Positions 1 through 12,967 of a DNA stretch of 64,000 nt are shown here, piece by piece. Location of the stretch: NCBI RefSeq assembly GCF_902713615.1, contig NC_052156.1, positions 114,615,120 to 114,679,119 of the forward strand, given 5' to 3'. This stretch comes from Scyliorhinus canicula (lineage: Eukaryota). A program made the position numbers and the translations under genes. Below the pieces are notes generated by a model that did no database searches, was not told the DNA's origin, and saw nothing but the letters and a program-made list of their open reading frames with translations. The number at the start of each line of letters is the position of its first letter. Within the stretch, counting starts at the first letter, position 1.

Positions 1-959
1 GGAATGTTAGATCTTGGGCAGGAAGTGGGGGTGGTGGTGCTACATTCATTAGAAGCTCCCTTCTGACTGCCTCCTGCCCCCTTTAAGGCCCTCAGATCTC
101 CCTCTCCCTCTGGCCTATCCCCTGAGACCCTGTTCGCCCCCCCGCCCTCCAAACTTGCCCATGACCCCTCCACCCTAAAGCCAAACTTGCACATGACCGA
201 CCCCCCTCCCCCACCCCCCCCAATCCTCCCTGCCTTGGGACCACTTTCACTTACTTGGGTCTCAGATTTCTGGGACTTCATCTCAGACTGGTTGATGCAG
301 TTCCTCTTCCGGGCACTGCAATGCTGCTGCTGGAGGGCTTGGTGAGTTTCCAGCCAATCTCATTGGCCAGGAGCTCTTTAAGGTGGGACTCCGTCTTGAG
401 TGGTGGGGGAGGGGTTTGAAGTCTGACCTAATGCCAATCAGTGTTCGTGAGAGTGTAAAATGGCATCCGGGCTATTGGAGTCAGCCGGGATGTGTTCCCG
501 ATCGACTCTTCGAATGGCGGGCGCCACCCACCCACCATCCTAAAAATTCAAGCCATAAAATATACAGCACAGGCCATTCGTCCAAACCACTCCATGCAGG
601 CATTTACGCTCCACTCGCACCTCGTCCCACATCTAACTCCATCAGCATAACCTTTCATTCTCTTTTCGTTAATATAATTCTGGACAGACCAATAGATTCA
701 TCTTGGCTGAATTAAGGTGAATGAATGCATTTTGTTAATCCGAGTGAGAATTATGAAGCCCTGTAGTTTTAAACTCATGAGTCAGTTCAACTATCCACAT
801 GGGTGACATCAAATTTCACTTTTTAGGTCATTCTCCTGATCCTTTCATCCTTTTTCTTACCTGTGCATTTAGTTGGCCGTGCATGACATTGTTTTTTACT
901 AAAGTGGTTTATTTGAAGCTGTGTTCGAAGAGGACGTCGTAGAAATATTTTTACAGGAG

Positions 960-1290
960 AAAACTAGATAAAGAGGATGTTAAATGCCAGCATTCAAAGC
1001 AGAAAAGTCACCTGGTCCAAATGGGATGTGTCCTAGCTTGGTGAGGGAAGTCAGTGTGAAAATTGGGGCGGCTCCAACCAATTCACTTCAAATATGTCAA
1101 CCAGGATAAACCATTGAGGAAGGCAGGGCAGCATGGGACAGTGATTAATACAGAGGATCCTGGGCTTTCTAAATAGAGGTGTAGTGTTACAAATGCAAGG
1201 AGGTCAAGATGAACCTTGACAAAACAACGTTTTGGGCTCAACTGCAGTGTTGTGTCCAATTCTGGGCACTGCGCTTTAGGAAGAACTTGA
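960..1290 (+). mobile_element. CR1-clade LINE ORF2 fragments
   Basis: Degenerate KSPGPNG and ILGF.NRG...CVQFWA..FRK motifs of CR1 ORF2. Confidence 0.7.
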
Positions 1291-1466
1291 AAATGAAATG
1301 AAATGAAAATGAAATGAAAAATGAAATGAAATGAAAATCGCTTATTGTCACGAGTAGGCTTCAGTGAAGTTACTGTGAAAAGCCCCTAGTCGCCACATTC
1401 CGGCGCCTGTCCGGGGAGGCTGGTACGGGAATCGAACCGTGCTGCTGGCCTGCTTGAAAAGCCAGC
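1291..1466 (-). mobile_element. 5'-truncated tRNA-derived SINE, type D, (TTTCA)n tail
   Basis: Near-identical to the reverse complement of the full copy at 52873-53059; B-box GGTTCGATTCC; (GAAAT)n on + strand. Confidence 0.85.
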
Positions 1467-1646
1467 AATCCTCCTAACCTGCAGATCTTTGGACTGTGGG
1501 AGGAAAGCGGAGCACCCAGAGGAAACCCACGCTGACATGGGGAGAACGTGCAGACTCTGCACAGACAGTGACCAAAGCCGGGAATCGAACCTGGGACCCT
1601 GGAGCTGTGAAGCAACTGTGCTAACCAATGTGCTACCATGCTGCCC
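1467..1646 (-). mobile_element. HE1/V-SINE-type SINE head and core, own tail missing
   Basis: GGGCAGCATGGTAGCAC head, B-box, GGGTTTCCTC core; joins directly onto the type-D SINE. Confidence 0.85.
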
Positions 1647-1909
1647 CTCAGCACGGTAACCCTGCAACCGCAGAGTTTTCAGAAAGTCGTTTTGGTGGGG
1701 AGAATGAGGAGAGGCAATATAAATGAAATGGTAGAATATTGAAGGGGTGCAGGATACATGAACGCAAATCTTTGAAGTTGGCAAACAGGCTGGGAAAGCT
1801 GTGAATAAAAGCAAATGGGGTCCTTGGCTTTGTATGTAGAAACAGATGGCAGAATCTTTTCAGTCGAACAGAGGTGGATTCGGGGGCGAGCAGGGTGGCT
1901 AGAGGTCAG

Positions 1910-2525
1910 GGGTTGGATTCTCCGTTTCAGGGACTATGTCCCCACACCATCGTGTAAACTAGTCTTTTACACAGGAAAACTGGTGTCAAAAGACCACAAA
2001 TTCACCATCTTGCAGGGGGCTAGCAGGCAGCTGTCGTAGAGCTTACAGCTCCAGCTGCTGATACGCCCCCCCCCCCCCCCCCCCCTGCATCTGCGTCAGC
2101 GGCCACAGAGTGCTCCATGGCCTACATACAGCCCGCGGACCTGGATCACCAAAATACTGCCCCGCATCAGAAGCTCTCCCCACCCAGTCCTGAATGAAGC
2201 CCCACCTGCCCTGCGATCTCTCTCCCCCCCCCCCCCCCACCTCCCCCCACTGTGTTGGTCCTGGACTGAGTCCGCAGCCACCACACGAAGTTCCCGAACG
2301 GCAGGACCATGTTAATACCACGCCGTCGGGAATTCGGCAGGTCGGGACGGAGAATAGCGAGGCGGGCCTCAGGCAATGGCCTGAGCGGTGGATACTCAGC
2401 GCAGCCCCTTTTCGGGGGGCAGAGAATAGCGGAACCGGCGCCTGTCCCGATTTTGTGCGGGAAAATGGATTCTCCACCTCGTCGCCCAACGCGATTTTGG
2501 TGTCAGGGTGCGGAGAATCCAGCCC
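1910..2525. mobile_element. Harbinger-type MITE
   Basis: 14-bp TIRs GGGTTGGATTCTCC / GGAGAATCCAGCCC; flanks CAG/CAA; CpG-rich interior. Confidence 0.8.
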
Positions 2526-2581
2526 CAAGACTGGATCCCATAATGATCCCGCTGTTTTCCCAGGGCTAGTGGGGAATGACT

Positions 2582-2720
2582 ATAAGACCATAAGACATAG
2601 GAGCAGAATGAGGCCACTCGGCCCATCGAGTCTGCTCCGCCATTCAATCATGGCTGATATTTTTCTCATCCCCATTCTCCTCCCTTCTACCATAACCCCT
2701 GATCCCCATATTAATCAAGA
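2582..2720 (-). mobile_element. CR1 LINE 3' end
   Basis: ATAAGACCATAAGACATAGGAGCAG...GGCCCATCGAGTCTGCTCC, a typical CR1 3' terminus with short-repeat tail. Confidence 0.7.
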
Positions 2721-2924
2721 ATGCCTCCGAATCTGTCAGGTAGGTTAAATATGTGCTTGTTAAGAAGCCAATTATAAGGCCCTTTAGCCCTGAATTCTCA
2801 ATTTCTTAGTCATGGAATCTGTTTCCCAATCTGTCCATCATTCCCTGCAGTCACCGAGGGGTAAAAGTTTCTTCAGTGAAACTGACAAGGGAAGATTTTG
2901 ATCAGTAACACTGAAGAATTAATA

Positions 2925-3956
2925 AATTAGATCCAAAATTGGCTTAGTGACAGGAGGCTGGAGTGATGTCGAAGGTTGTTTGCGTGACTGGAAACCTGTG
3001 TCCAGTTGTATTCTGCAGGGATCAGTGCTGGGCCCCTTGCTGTTTATAGTGTACATTAATGATCAAGACATGAAAGTATGAGGAATGATCAGCAAATTCG
3101 CAGATGACATGAACATTGGTGGTGTGGTAAATAGCAAGGAAGTAAACCTTTGATTACAGGACAATATAGATAGGCTGATCAGATGAGCAGAAAAGTTGCA
3201 AATGGAATTTAAACCTGAAAATTGTGAGATGATGCATTTTGGGAAGACTAACAAGACAAGGGAATTTACAATGAGCAGTAGAATGCTTGGGGGTACAGAG
3301 GGACTTTGGGCTGCATATTCAAAGATGCCTGAAGGCAGCAGGACACTTGATAAGCTGATTAAGAAGGCATATTGGATACTTGCCTTTATTAGCCGAGACA
3401 TAGATTATCAGAGCGATGAGGTTATGATGGAGTTGGTTAGGCCACAGCTAGAGTACTGTGTGCAGTACACTATAGGAAGGATGGGATTGCACTAGAGAGG
3501 ATACAGAGGAGGTTTACATGATGTTGCCTGGGCTGGAGCATTTCAGCTATGAAAACAAGCTGGTTAGGCTGGAGTCGTTTTCCTTAGAGTAGAGAAGACT
3601 GAGGGACATGTGATCGAGCAATACAAAATGATGTTGAACATAGATAAGGTAGACATGAAGGAGCTTTTCCCTTTAGTAGATAGATCAATAACCATGCGGT
3701 ATAAATTTAAGGTAAGGGGCAAGAGATTTAGAGGAGATTTGAGGAAAAACATTTTCACCCAGGAGGTGTGGGAATCTGGAATTCACAGCCTGAGGGGACG
3801 GTCGAGGCTCATAACCTTTAAGAAGTAGTTAGATGAAACATGATAGCATACAAGGCTATGACCATGTCCTAGAAAATGGGATGAGAATAGATGGCCGGCG
3901 CAGACATGAAGGGCCAAAGGGCCTCTTTTTCAGCTCCAAAACTCCATGTCTCTATG
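2925..3956 (+). mobile_element. 5'-truncated CR1 LINE (RT C-terminal half and 3'UTR), decayed
   Basis: QGSVLGPLLFIVYIND, KFADD, VRPQLEYCVQ motifs; stops and frameshifts. Confidence 0.9.
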
Positions 3957-5482
3957 AGAGCTTCAGTCTTGGTCAGTCGGGAGACAACTGTTCAAAGCCC
4001 TTCTTCTCAGTGATTGCCAACACTGCTTGACAGATGATTGCCAACTTCTTGGAAGGCACTTGACCAATCGAGCACTTCACTCAGTTTCAGCTACACTCCC
4101 CTGCTGTCAGCCTTCACTACGGCATGGGAGCAACTTATGTAACTCCAGATCCCAGCCCCAATGAAGGACCACACAACTGCCAAGTGCACCAGCAGCAACA
4201 TCAGATAGCTTCTCCTCAGCCACCTGACCCACCACAAGGAACAGGAAATATAGAATATCATTTGTCTATATAACATAATAACCAATCTGTATATAAACAT
4301 TAGTGCCTGCATGCATAGATTAGAATTCTAGCATCCGACCACAAGTGGCGTGGCAACAGGAGAACGTTACTGAAAGACACCCAAATGGCGAGATAGGACG
4401 TATTCGAACATCCAACCACAGCTGGTGTGGTGACAGGAGAACATTACTGGAGGACACCCACATGTGAGATACAGAACCTGGACAACACAGAGACACAAGC
4501 TGTGTAGCAGGCACAGACTGCAGTCATAGATCGAGCAGCTCCTGAGTCAACAGTGATTAATAATAGTTAATCGTAGTTGTTTGTATTTAGCCGTCGTATC
4601 CAACTGTCATCTTTGTAGATATCATAGAAACCCTTTAGTGGTTTAGTTAATTAATAAACAGTTTTGTTCATTTACAAAGCCATATGTTCTCTGATCACTT
4701 CAACCACAAAGACTTTGTCATCCATACATATAGAGAACATTACAACAGGGATAGGCACTGAGGGCCAGATGGAAGGGGGTGAGATCCATCAGGCAGTAGA
4801 TCAGCTCTCCCGACATGTGTGAGCATTGTGCTTCAGGAGACTCAGGCTCTCGTGGCTTGTCACTGTTAACCTCTTTAATCTGGACCAAGATTCCCTTCCC
4901 AATGGACCACGCATTGCCAATTGCCAACAAGGTGCCTGTCACTGGATGGCCAACCGTACACCCCACCAAAACCCAGAACTCCTTCCCAGCCCTGTCCCCA
5001 CCTCTCCCGAAGTTCAGTGCTCTCTTCTCCTGCAAGGAGAGAAGGTAGAGAGGTGTGAGTGCTGACAATAGCTTGTGTGGAAAGCAGAGACCAGCAGCAA
5101 TGGAGTACCCATCGAGTACAAAAGCAGCAAGTTATGCTAAATCTTTAGAATGCACTGATTAGTCCCCAGCAGGGGTATTGTTGCCAATTCTTGGCACCAC
5201 AGTTTGGAAAGACGCCTAAAGACTTGGGGATATTTACTACAATGGTAGCAGGGATGCGGAATTACAGAGGCACGAGAGAAACTGTCGTCTTCTCCTCAGA
5301 GCAGAGTGTAGAACTGAGCCAAAGAAAGGACAGCGGCATCAGGGAAGGTAGGATGGAAGGTCGGGAGGGAGGGATGTAGAGAGGGAGGGAGAGAGGGAGA
5401 TAGCATGGAGAGAGATACAGAGGGAGTGAGAGAGGGACGGAGAGACTTGCATTTATAAATGAACCCAGGACATCACAACATA

Positions 5483-5683
5483 TTTTTGTTTTAATTTTTC
5501 CAATTAAGGGGCAATTTAGCATAGCCAGTCCGCCTACCCTGCACATCTTTGGGTTGAGGGGCTGAGACCCACTCAGACACGAGGAGAATGTGAAAACGCC
5601 ACACGGACAGTATCCCAGGCCGGGATTGAACCCAGGTCCTCGGCGCAGTGAGGCAGCAGTGCTAACCACTGCGCCGCCTTGCC
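5483..5683 (-). mobile_element. HE1-type SINE, short A-rich-tail variant (type B)
   Basis: tRNA head; ends CTAAATTGCCCCTTAATTGGAAAAA. Confidence 0.85.
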
Positions 5684-5746
5684 ACAGCCAACAAAGCATT
5701 TGTTAAAGTGTATACACAAAGCATGAACATTGAATACGTTGGGGGT

Positions 5747-5784
<38 letters not shown>

Positions 5785-5902
5785 ATTCACTTACCCGATT
5801 CAGAGGGAATGGGTTGGTCAATAAATGAGGGAGAGCCCACCATTCTGAATTCTCCCTCGTGTTGTGGAGTTGTAAGTTTGTATCAGAAACATCACTGGCC
5901 CA

Positions 5903-6285
5903 TGTCATAATATATACCATATATCATGGTGCAGACACACACTGATGGACACACACAGGGACCAATCAACATGTACAAACACCGCAGCCAATCACCAGTT
6001 AGAATACGCACACTATAAAGGCAGAGGGCACCACGGTTCCCGCTCATTCTGGGTGCTGCCTCTGAGTGTAACAGGAACTTATTCAGCCCAGCACAGACTC
6101 ACAACACGTGCTGAGAGAATCAACTGGTTCGGACAAGGCTTAGGTCCCTACTTCAAGTTAGCATCATTTAGACCCACAGTCATCGTGTGTCAGTTAGTTA
6201 GAAGTCGTTAATAAAATTGAGTTGAACCTTCATCAGTGTTGGAAGTGTCTGTTCATCTCTCAAGCCTACACTAGCCAACACATCA
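5903..6285 (+). mobile_element. Solo LTR (383 bp)
   Basis: TG...CA ends; exact 5-bp TSD GCCCA; TATAAA near 6014 and AATAAA near 6210. Confidence 0.85.
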
Positions 6286-7094
6286 GCCCATTCCCCACCA
6301 GGAAGCTGGACTGAATGACTGTGTCTCCAGACAGGAGGAGGTCAATGAAGGCTGCAGCAGGGAGGGGAGAGGTTGCAGTAACTCGGTGATGGGACAAGGA
6401 AGGAAGTGTTGATCAGGGAATGGAGAGTGGGGAGAGAGGACAGTGGGTAATAGGGGGCTCGATCAGGGGCAAGGGTGTTAATTGGGAGGGAGGGAGGTAG
6501 GAGAGATTGACTAGTTGACTGCTGACCCCAAAGGATGAGGGACAGGCCAGGGGCCTTCCTGGGTGGGGTAGGTGTCTGGAGGTTTGGGGCTTCATGTTGG
6601 GGGAATGGTCAGTGGGGGATATGCATGAAGGCAGAGGCTCCTCGGGCAGGCACCTAGGCCCAGGAGATTATTATAGTGCCAATTTTTTCCTTGAAACCAC
6701 CATCCTTGTCTTGGTGAAACTGTCAGGTTTCCTTGCTCAGGGAACGCCATCAACCAGAATGAAAGTTAAAAATCTGAATGACAATCAGGGTTGTCGCCTT
6801 ATTATCATATTTAAAGCAGCAACCCATCGGGTTGATCACCCATCCAATTTCCAACTTCAATTAAAGATGGAAATGAGTGGGTGAGGGGTGGGCTTTAGTC
6901 AGGAAATACATTAAACCGCAACTAAGACAAGCACACCCATCTTTTAGATTATAATGCCCCCCTCATATATGCATGACCTGTGCTCATATCTACCAATGCT
7001 GGAGTAGGAAAGTTCCATGAGCCCCTGGTCCAGGAAAGAGAAAATCCAGTCAAGGTTCCAGCTCGTATTGCTATCAGGTGACTCTAGCCACAAT

Positions 7095-8310
7095 GTGGAA
7101 GGACTAGAGAAACTGGGATTGTTCCCCTTCCTACAGAGACAGACGGTTAAAGGAAAATTTCAAAATTATGATGGGTTTTGACAGAGTAAATAAGGAGAAC
7201 TGTTTGAATCAGGGGGTAGGTTGGCAACCAGGAGGACACAAACTGACAAAAGAACCTGAAGGGATGTGAGGACAATTTTATTTTATGGAGCTGGTATTAT
7301 GATCCTGGACCAGACCAACAGTTGCTCAGGTACCGGACGGAACTTTTTCAGATTATGAGGAAATGATAATTCCCTCCAGAAGTGATCCCACTCACAAATG
7401 GGGAATATGGAATATTAAAACAAACTTTATTATTAACACAGTATTAAACTAATTTTAGTGTCATACAAGAAATAGCTTAAAATTACCAGTTAAATAATGC
7501 TTAACAATAAAATGAAACACTTTAACTCCTAAACAATATCCTTTTACTTCAATCAAGCAAAACCCATCTCAGGTCAAAATCCGCTTTTAAATACAGTTAT
7601 CAAACACAGGACTACTTATTGTATAGAGATGTCTTAGAGAAACTGCTTTGAGAGAGAGAGAGAGATCCTTCAGGAAAACAGTCTGCAGATTCTTGCCCGT
7701 GTCAAGCTACTGTTTAACTTCCCAGCATTTGGCAAAAAGGGTCCTGTTCTTTTAACATCAAAGTCTAGAAACTCAACACCTGACTGCTTCAGCCCCTGGC
7801 TCCTCCCATTAACTCCATCATCTCTATCCCACTAACTGTGTTATGACCATCTTACTAAAACACAATGTCTCTAATTATCTACTCCTCAGGGAACTTTTTT
7901 ATAAACAAAATTCCATAGGTCATATTTAGGTAACAACTGTACATAGTTGGAATGAATAATGGTTTTACTTTTACTAAGTTTTAATTACACCTTCCTTTTG
8001 TAGCCACAAAGCCTCTCTGTCTGTCAGGGCAGGATGTTTAAAAACATGAGTGCAGCAGTCACATACACACACGACCCCTGGCGTTTACCCAATGCCGCAT
8101 TAGATATACATAATGCAATATATATCTGAAATTCTTACATTCATCGTACAGGTCTTTGTGAGCATGAATGCACAGCCTGAGAGGGTACTTGAAACAGATT
8201 CACAATCCCCTTTCAAAGGGGAATTGGGTATATTCTTAGAAAGCAGAGATATGGGGGGAGAATGTTGCAAATTAAATAGCTCTATCAGAGAACTTGCACA
8301 GACATGATAG
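7095..8310 (+). mobile_element. CR1 3' fragment split by an LTR-like insert
   Basis: LEKLGLF...FDRVNKE motifs at 7095-7294; CR1 3'UTR resumes at 8151. Confidence 0.6.
7295..8150. mobile_element. Solo LTR-like element (~855 bp)
   Basis: Both ends homologous to the TSD-bounded element at 51258-57203 and, more weakly, to 40794-41684. Confidence 0.7.
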
Positions 8311-8580
8311 GAACAGAGAATCATAGAAACAGGAGGAGACCCATTTTCATTATTCCATCATTCAATGAGATCAAGGCTGATTGTGGCCTAACTCCATAAA
8401 ACCACTATTGCCATATCCTCCCTCCACCCATCCCTTAATATCTTTGTGTATCAAAACTCTATTTGGAGAATAAATCATCTCAGTTTTAAAATTGTCAATT
8501 GTAGATGACAATCCCAACCTTCTATCACCTTTTGCGTGTTAAAGTGTTTCTTGGTTTCTCTCCAGGTCTATCTCTAATTT

Positions 8581-9770
8581 TTTTTTTTTTAAATAATTTT
8601 TATTGAAATTTTGTTACAGAAAATATAACAACAAACAATGAAAAGCAACAATAAAACACCATAGTAACTGTAACACCCCCAAGACCGTATCAACGCATGT
8701 ATCACACCCCCCACCCCCCCTCAAACCCAGTAAACAACTAGAGAACTTAAAAATAAATTAAATTAAAATTAAATAAGCAAACATAGTCAACGTCTCCCCC
8801 CCCCCCCCCTCCCCCCCCGGGTTGCTGCTGCTGCTGACCCAGTACCCTATCGCTGAGCCAGAAAGTTGAGGAAAGGTTGCCAACGCCTAAAGAACCGATC
8901 CTCTCAGGGAAAATTTGACCTTCTCCAGCTTGATAAATCCCGCCATGTCATTGATCCAGGTCTCCACGCTTGGGGGTCTCGCATCCTTCCACTGCAGCAA
9001 GATCCTCCGCCGTGCTACTAGGGACGCAAAGGCCAAAACACCGGCCTCTTTCGCCTCCTGCACTCCCGGCTCTACCCCAACCCCAAAAATCGCGAGTCCC
9101 CAGCCTGGCTTGACCCTGGATCCTACCACCCTCGACACCGTCCTCGCCACCCCCTTCCAGAACGCCTCCAGTGCCCAACATGCCCAGAACATATGGGCAT
9201 GGTTCGCTGGACTCCCCGAACACCTGACACACCTGTCTTCGCCCCCAAAGAACCTACTCATCCTCGACCCGGACATGTGGGCCCGGTACAGCACCTTGAA
9301 TTGGATGAGGCTAAGCCGCGCACATGAGGAGGAAGAGTTAACCCTCTCCAGGGCATCAGCCCATGTCCCATCTTCGATCTGTTCCCCCAGTTCCACCTCC
9401 CACTTAGCCTTAGCTCCTCTACTGACGCCTCCTCCACCTCCTGCATTACCTTGTAGATATCAGATATCTTCCCATCCCCGACCCAGACCCCCGAAAGCAC
9501 CCTGTCACTCACCCCCCTCGCGGGAAGCAAAGGGAATCCCTCCACCTGCCACCTAGCAAACGCCTTTACCTGCAGGTACCTGAACATGTTCCCCGAGAGG
9601 AGCCCGAATTTCTCCTCCAACTCCCCCAAGCTCGCAAACCTCCCATCAATGAACAGGTCCCTCAGCTGTCTGATGCCCGCTCTGTGTCAACCCTGGAACC
9701 CCCCATCAATGTTCCCCGGGACGAACCAATGGTTCCCCCTTAACGGAGCCTCCATCGAGCCCCCCACTGC
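8581..9770 (-). mobile_element. 5'-truncated L1/Tx1-clade LINE (ORF2 C-terminus and polyA)
   Basis: IQFKVLYRAH...C..C...NHAHMFWAC cysteine-rich C-terminus; polyA; ~14-bp TSD TCT(A/G)TCTCTAATTT at 8567 and 9771; lies inside a CR1 3' remnant. Confidence 0.9.
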
Positions 9771-9910
9771 TCTGTCTCTAATTTTTGACTACACCTCCGA
9801 GTCCTAGCCTTCCGACCAACATCAATAGTTTTTTCTCTGCCAACCCCATCTGTTAATTTAAGGAGCAATATACTTGCATTGGAAGCAGATCTTAGATGTT
9901 TCATTGGGAT

Positions 9911-10222
9911 GGCATGGTGCCATAGTGGTTACCACTGCTGCCTCACAGCACCAAGGACCCGAGTTCAATTCTGGCCTTGGGTGACTGTCTGTGTGGAGTT
10001 TTTACTTTCTCCCTGTGTTTGCGTGGGTTTTTCCTCTGGGTGCTCTGATTTCCTCCCATAGTACAAAGATGTGCAGGTTAGGTGGATTGACCATGCTAAA
10101 ATTGCCCTTAGTGTCCAAAAGGTTTGGTGAGGTTACAGGGATAGGATGGAGGAGTGGGGCTGGGGTGGGGTACTCCTTCAGAGAGTCAGTGCAGACCCAA
10201 TGGGCCGAATGGCCTACTTCTG
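9911..10222 (+). mobile_element. HE1-type SINE with CR1-like tail (type A)
   Basis: A/B boxes, V-core, tail ATGGGCCGAATGGCC..TTCTGCACT..ATTCTATGA. Confidence 0.85.
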
Positions 10223-11589
10223 CACTCCAGATATTCTATGATTAATTAGGGCAAGGGTGATTTCCCTTCTGAGACCCTGCCCGGCCCATCGTACAATTGT
10301 GTCCAAGTGGGGGCGGGTGCGATCCTCGTCCATGCAATTTCACACTCTTGCCCCCACCTCAAATCCTCCCAACAGGGCTGCGATGGGGGGTGGGGAGGGG
10401 TGGGGGCAGGAGAGGAAAGTGTAAAATGTGTTTTGTTTTATATCCCTTTCAACCCTTTCAGAGATGGAAAAGGGAAATTACTTTTTTTCATGCGAGTTAT
10501 TGAATGGTTCAATGACATGACGTGAAGTGATCGCAGAGTGCTAGTGTAACTCAGTTTGTGTTTGGCTGCCATTAAAAGGGAAATTGCGTATGGGAGCTAA
10601 AAAAATTCCTGTGCTGGACAAAAATAAAACAATGCAATCTTTCAATTTGAGAAAATGGAAATTTTCAACTGCTGGACCGCAGGGGACTGTAACTATTCAG
10701 GAAACAACTGGTTTGAGTGGGAGGGTGTGTGCCATCTATTGCTGTACAGAGGCACTTCAACTCCCACAGGCTGAAAACTGGCCACGTCAACACATGGGTA
10801 CAGTGCTGCTATGTCCCTCAGCTGTTTTCTTTTTTAATTAAAATTTATAGTCACTCAATCTCTACTGACAGTTTTAGAATTCAGAGACGCCGCTTTGGAA
10901 ATGAGATGGAACAGGTGGGATGAACGATATAGGTCCTTTTCTCGCACCAGGGTGAGTTATGTCAGCGGTCAGGAGAGGTGGCGGTTCTGGGGCCTTTTTA
11001 TTTTCAATCCAAATCAGCTGAAGTAATGATAAAATAATTTGGAAAGTTTACGTTCATTTAAGCTGAAAGGAGACGCAGTAAGGGGAAGATGTGAACAGAC
11101 TATATTCCACGGCGCCCTGGGGGTAACGGGGAATGATAGCCAGCACATCGAGGTAAACAACAGCTGTGAAACTATCTCTGCTGCGTGTTCTCCTCGTAGT
11201 GCTCGGCAAGAATGCTAAAAAAAAATCACAAATGCTGTTGCTGTGCAAAGTACTAATTAACAACAAGGCATAGTCACAAATGGGGGTCAAATGTGCAGCG
11301 TCAATTGAAGTCGGCTGCCAATTGTGAAGTCTGGCTGTGATGTTTCTGTATGACACTCTGGTCCCACTGAGGGGGTAGGGCTCTAGAATTAAATAGGGCC
11401 AATTAGAATCAATGATCTCTTCTTCCTGTTACAGAATGGGACTTGGCTGAATGTAATGTGTCGAATACACTTTATTATGGTGTTAGAGACACATTCCAAC
11501 TCCCTAGGATGGGCCACAACTATTCTTTTTATAATTAAAATTAACTCACTGAGGGAACTGCAGGCCCATCGAGGTAAAGCGAAGGTTTG

Positions 11590-11915
11590 TATTTTTAGAG
11601 CACTTTTTCACCATCTCAAGATGTCTCACAAGAGCACTTTGCAGCCAACAAACACTTTCTGATGTGCCGCCACTGTGATCATGTAGGACACGTTAACAGC
11701 CAATGTGCACACAGCAACCTCCCACAATCAGGAACATGATGATGGGATGGTCAGCTTTAATGCAGTTAGTTGAGGGCTAACCTTTGGCCAGGGCACCAGG
11801 TGGAATTACACTCCTCTTCTTTGGATGATGTCACTGGATCACCTGAGGTAGGGGTGTTGGTTTAACACTTGATCTACAAGTTGTCACCTTCAACTCTGCA
11901 CTGCACTGGAGTGCC
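11590..11915 (-). mobile_element. Old Deu-domain SINE (SacSINE1/AmnSINE1-like)
   Basis: Degenerate GCAGCCAA...GCCAATGTGCACACAGCAA.CTCCCACA...TTGAGGG...TTGGCCAGGGCACC...CTGCACTGGAGTG pattern, recalled from the family consensus. Confidence 0.6.
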
Positions 11916-12455
11916 AGCCGAGTTATTGCTGAGAAAAGAATGGGAATGGACCCACGTGCTCTGGCAGCTCGGGCTCTGGGATCCTCCAGGTGAAGCGAAT
12001 ACAGAAAATTGAGAAATTCCGAGCACCAGCTCTCACTACTACCCATTTAATGTCCTGTTTTTTTCTTCAAATTAAGCTCTGAGCAGGTGGGAGCCCTGAT
12101 AGAAGTGTGCACCACCTCTCACCGTGCTACTGTCTGCATTTCATCCAAGCTATCCAGTATCCACTGTGCAGGAACACAGAAACATATACTAAACTACATC
12201 CCAAACTGTCGTAACCTGACCACAAAAAGGTCCTCGAAAGTATTGTAAAAATTCAATCTTATCTACTTATCGAAATATTGAGAAAACAATATAGAGTGGA
12301 TTCAGAAACTAGCAGCAGTTATACACAATCATAACTAGAATCAAATAGGAAGATGCTTACTATAACATTCTATAATACTTCCCCTCTCTCAGATTTCAAT
12401 CCCGCTTCAGGAAAGAAAAATAATAACACTCATGTCTCAACTATACATCAGTCAG

Positions 12456-12683
12456 GGGCAGCACGGTGGCACAGTAGTTGGCATTGCTGCCTACGGCGCT
12501 GAGGACCCGGGTTTGAATCCCGGCCCTGGGTCACTGTCCATGAGGAGTTTGCACATTCTCCCCGTATCTGCATGGGTTGCACCTCCACAGCCCAAAGATG
12601 TGCAGGATAGGTGGATTGGCCATGTTAAATTGCCCCTTAATTGGAAAAAATAATTGGGTACTCTAAAAAATTTTTTTTTTAAA
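12456..12683 (+). mobile_element. HE1-type SINE type B
   Basis: GGGCAGCACGGTGGCACAG head; AATTGGGTACTCTAAA A/T-rich end. Confidence 0.9.
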
Positions 12684-12967
12684 CTTGACATCGATTTTTA
12701 GGAACTTTGCGACTCCGCGGTGATCTGTGTAAACCATTGGTGGCTCAATAGACTCTGGTGAGGATTGGCTCAGTTGAGCTGGACTTGTGGGCACAGGAAT
12801 AGGTTGGATGTTTGTGAACGAATTTCCCCAATCTTCTCCCGGAATCGAGTTCACTGGATGTCCCTGAACAACAGGAACCATCTTCTGTTGACTTGTCGCA
12901 GCAGTATTTCCTTCTGCCGTGTGATACAGAACTTAGCTGCCTCAGAGTCACGGCATAGATGGATGTG

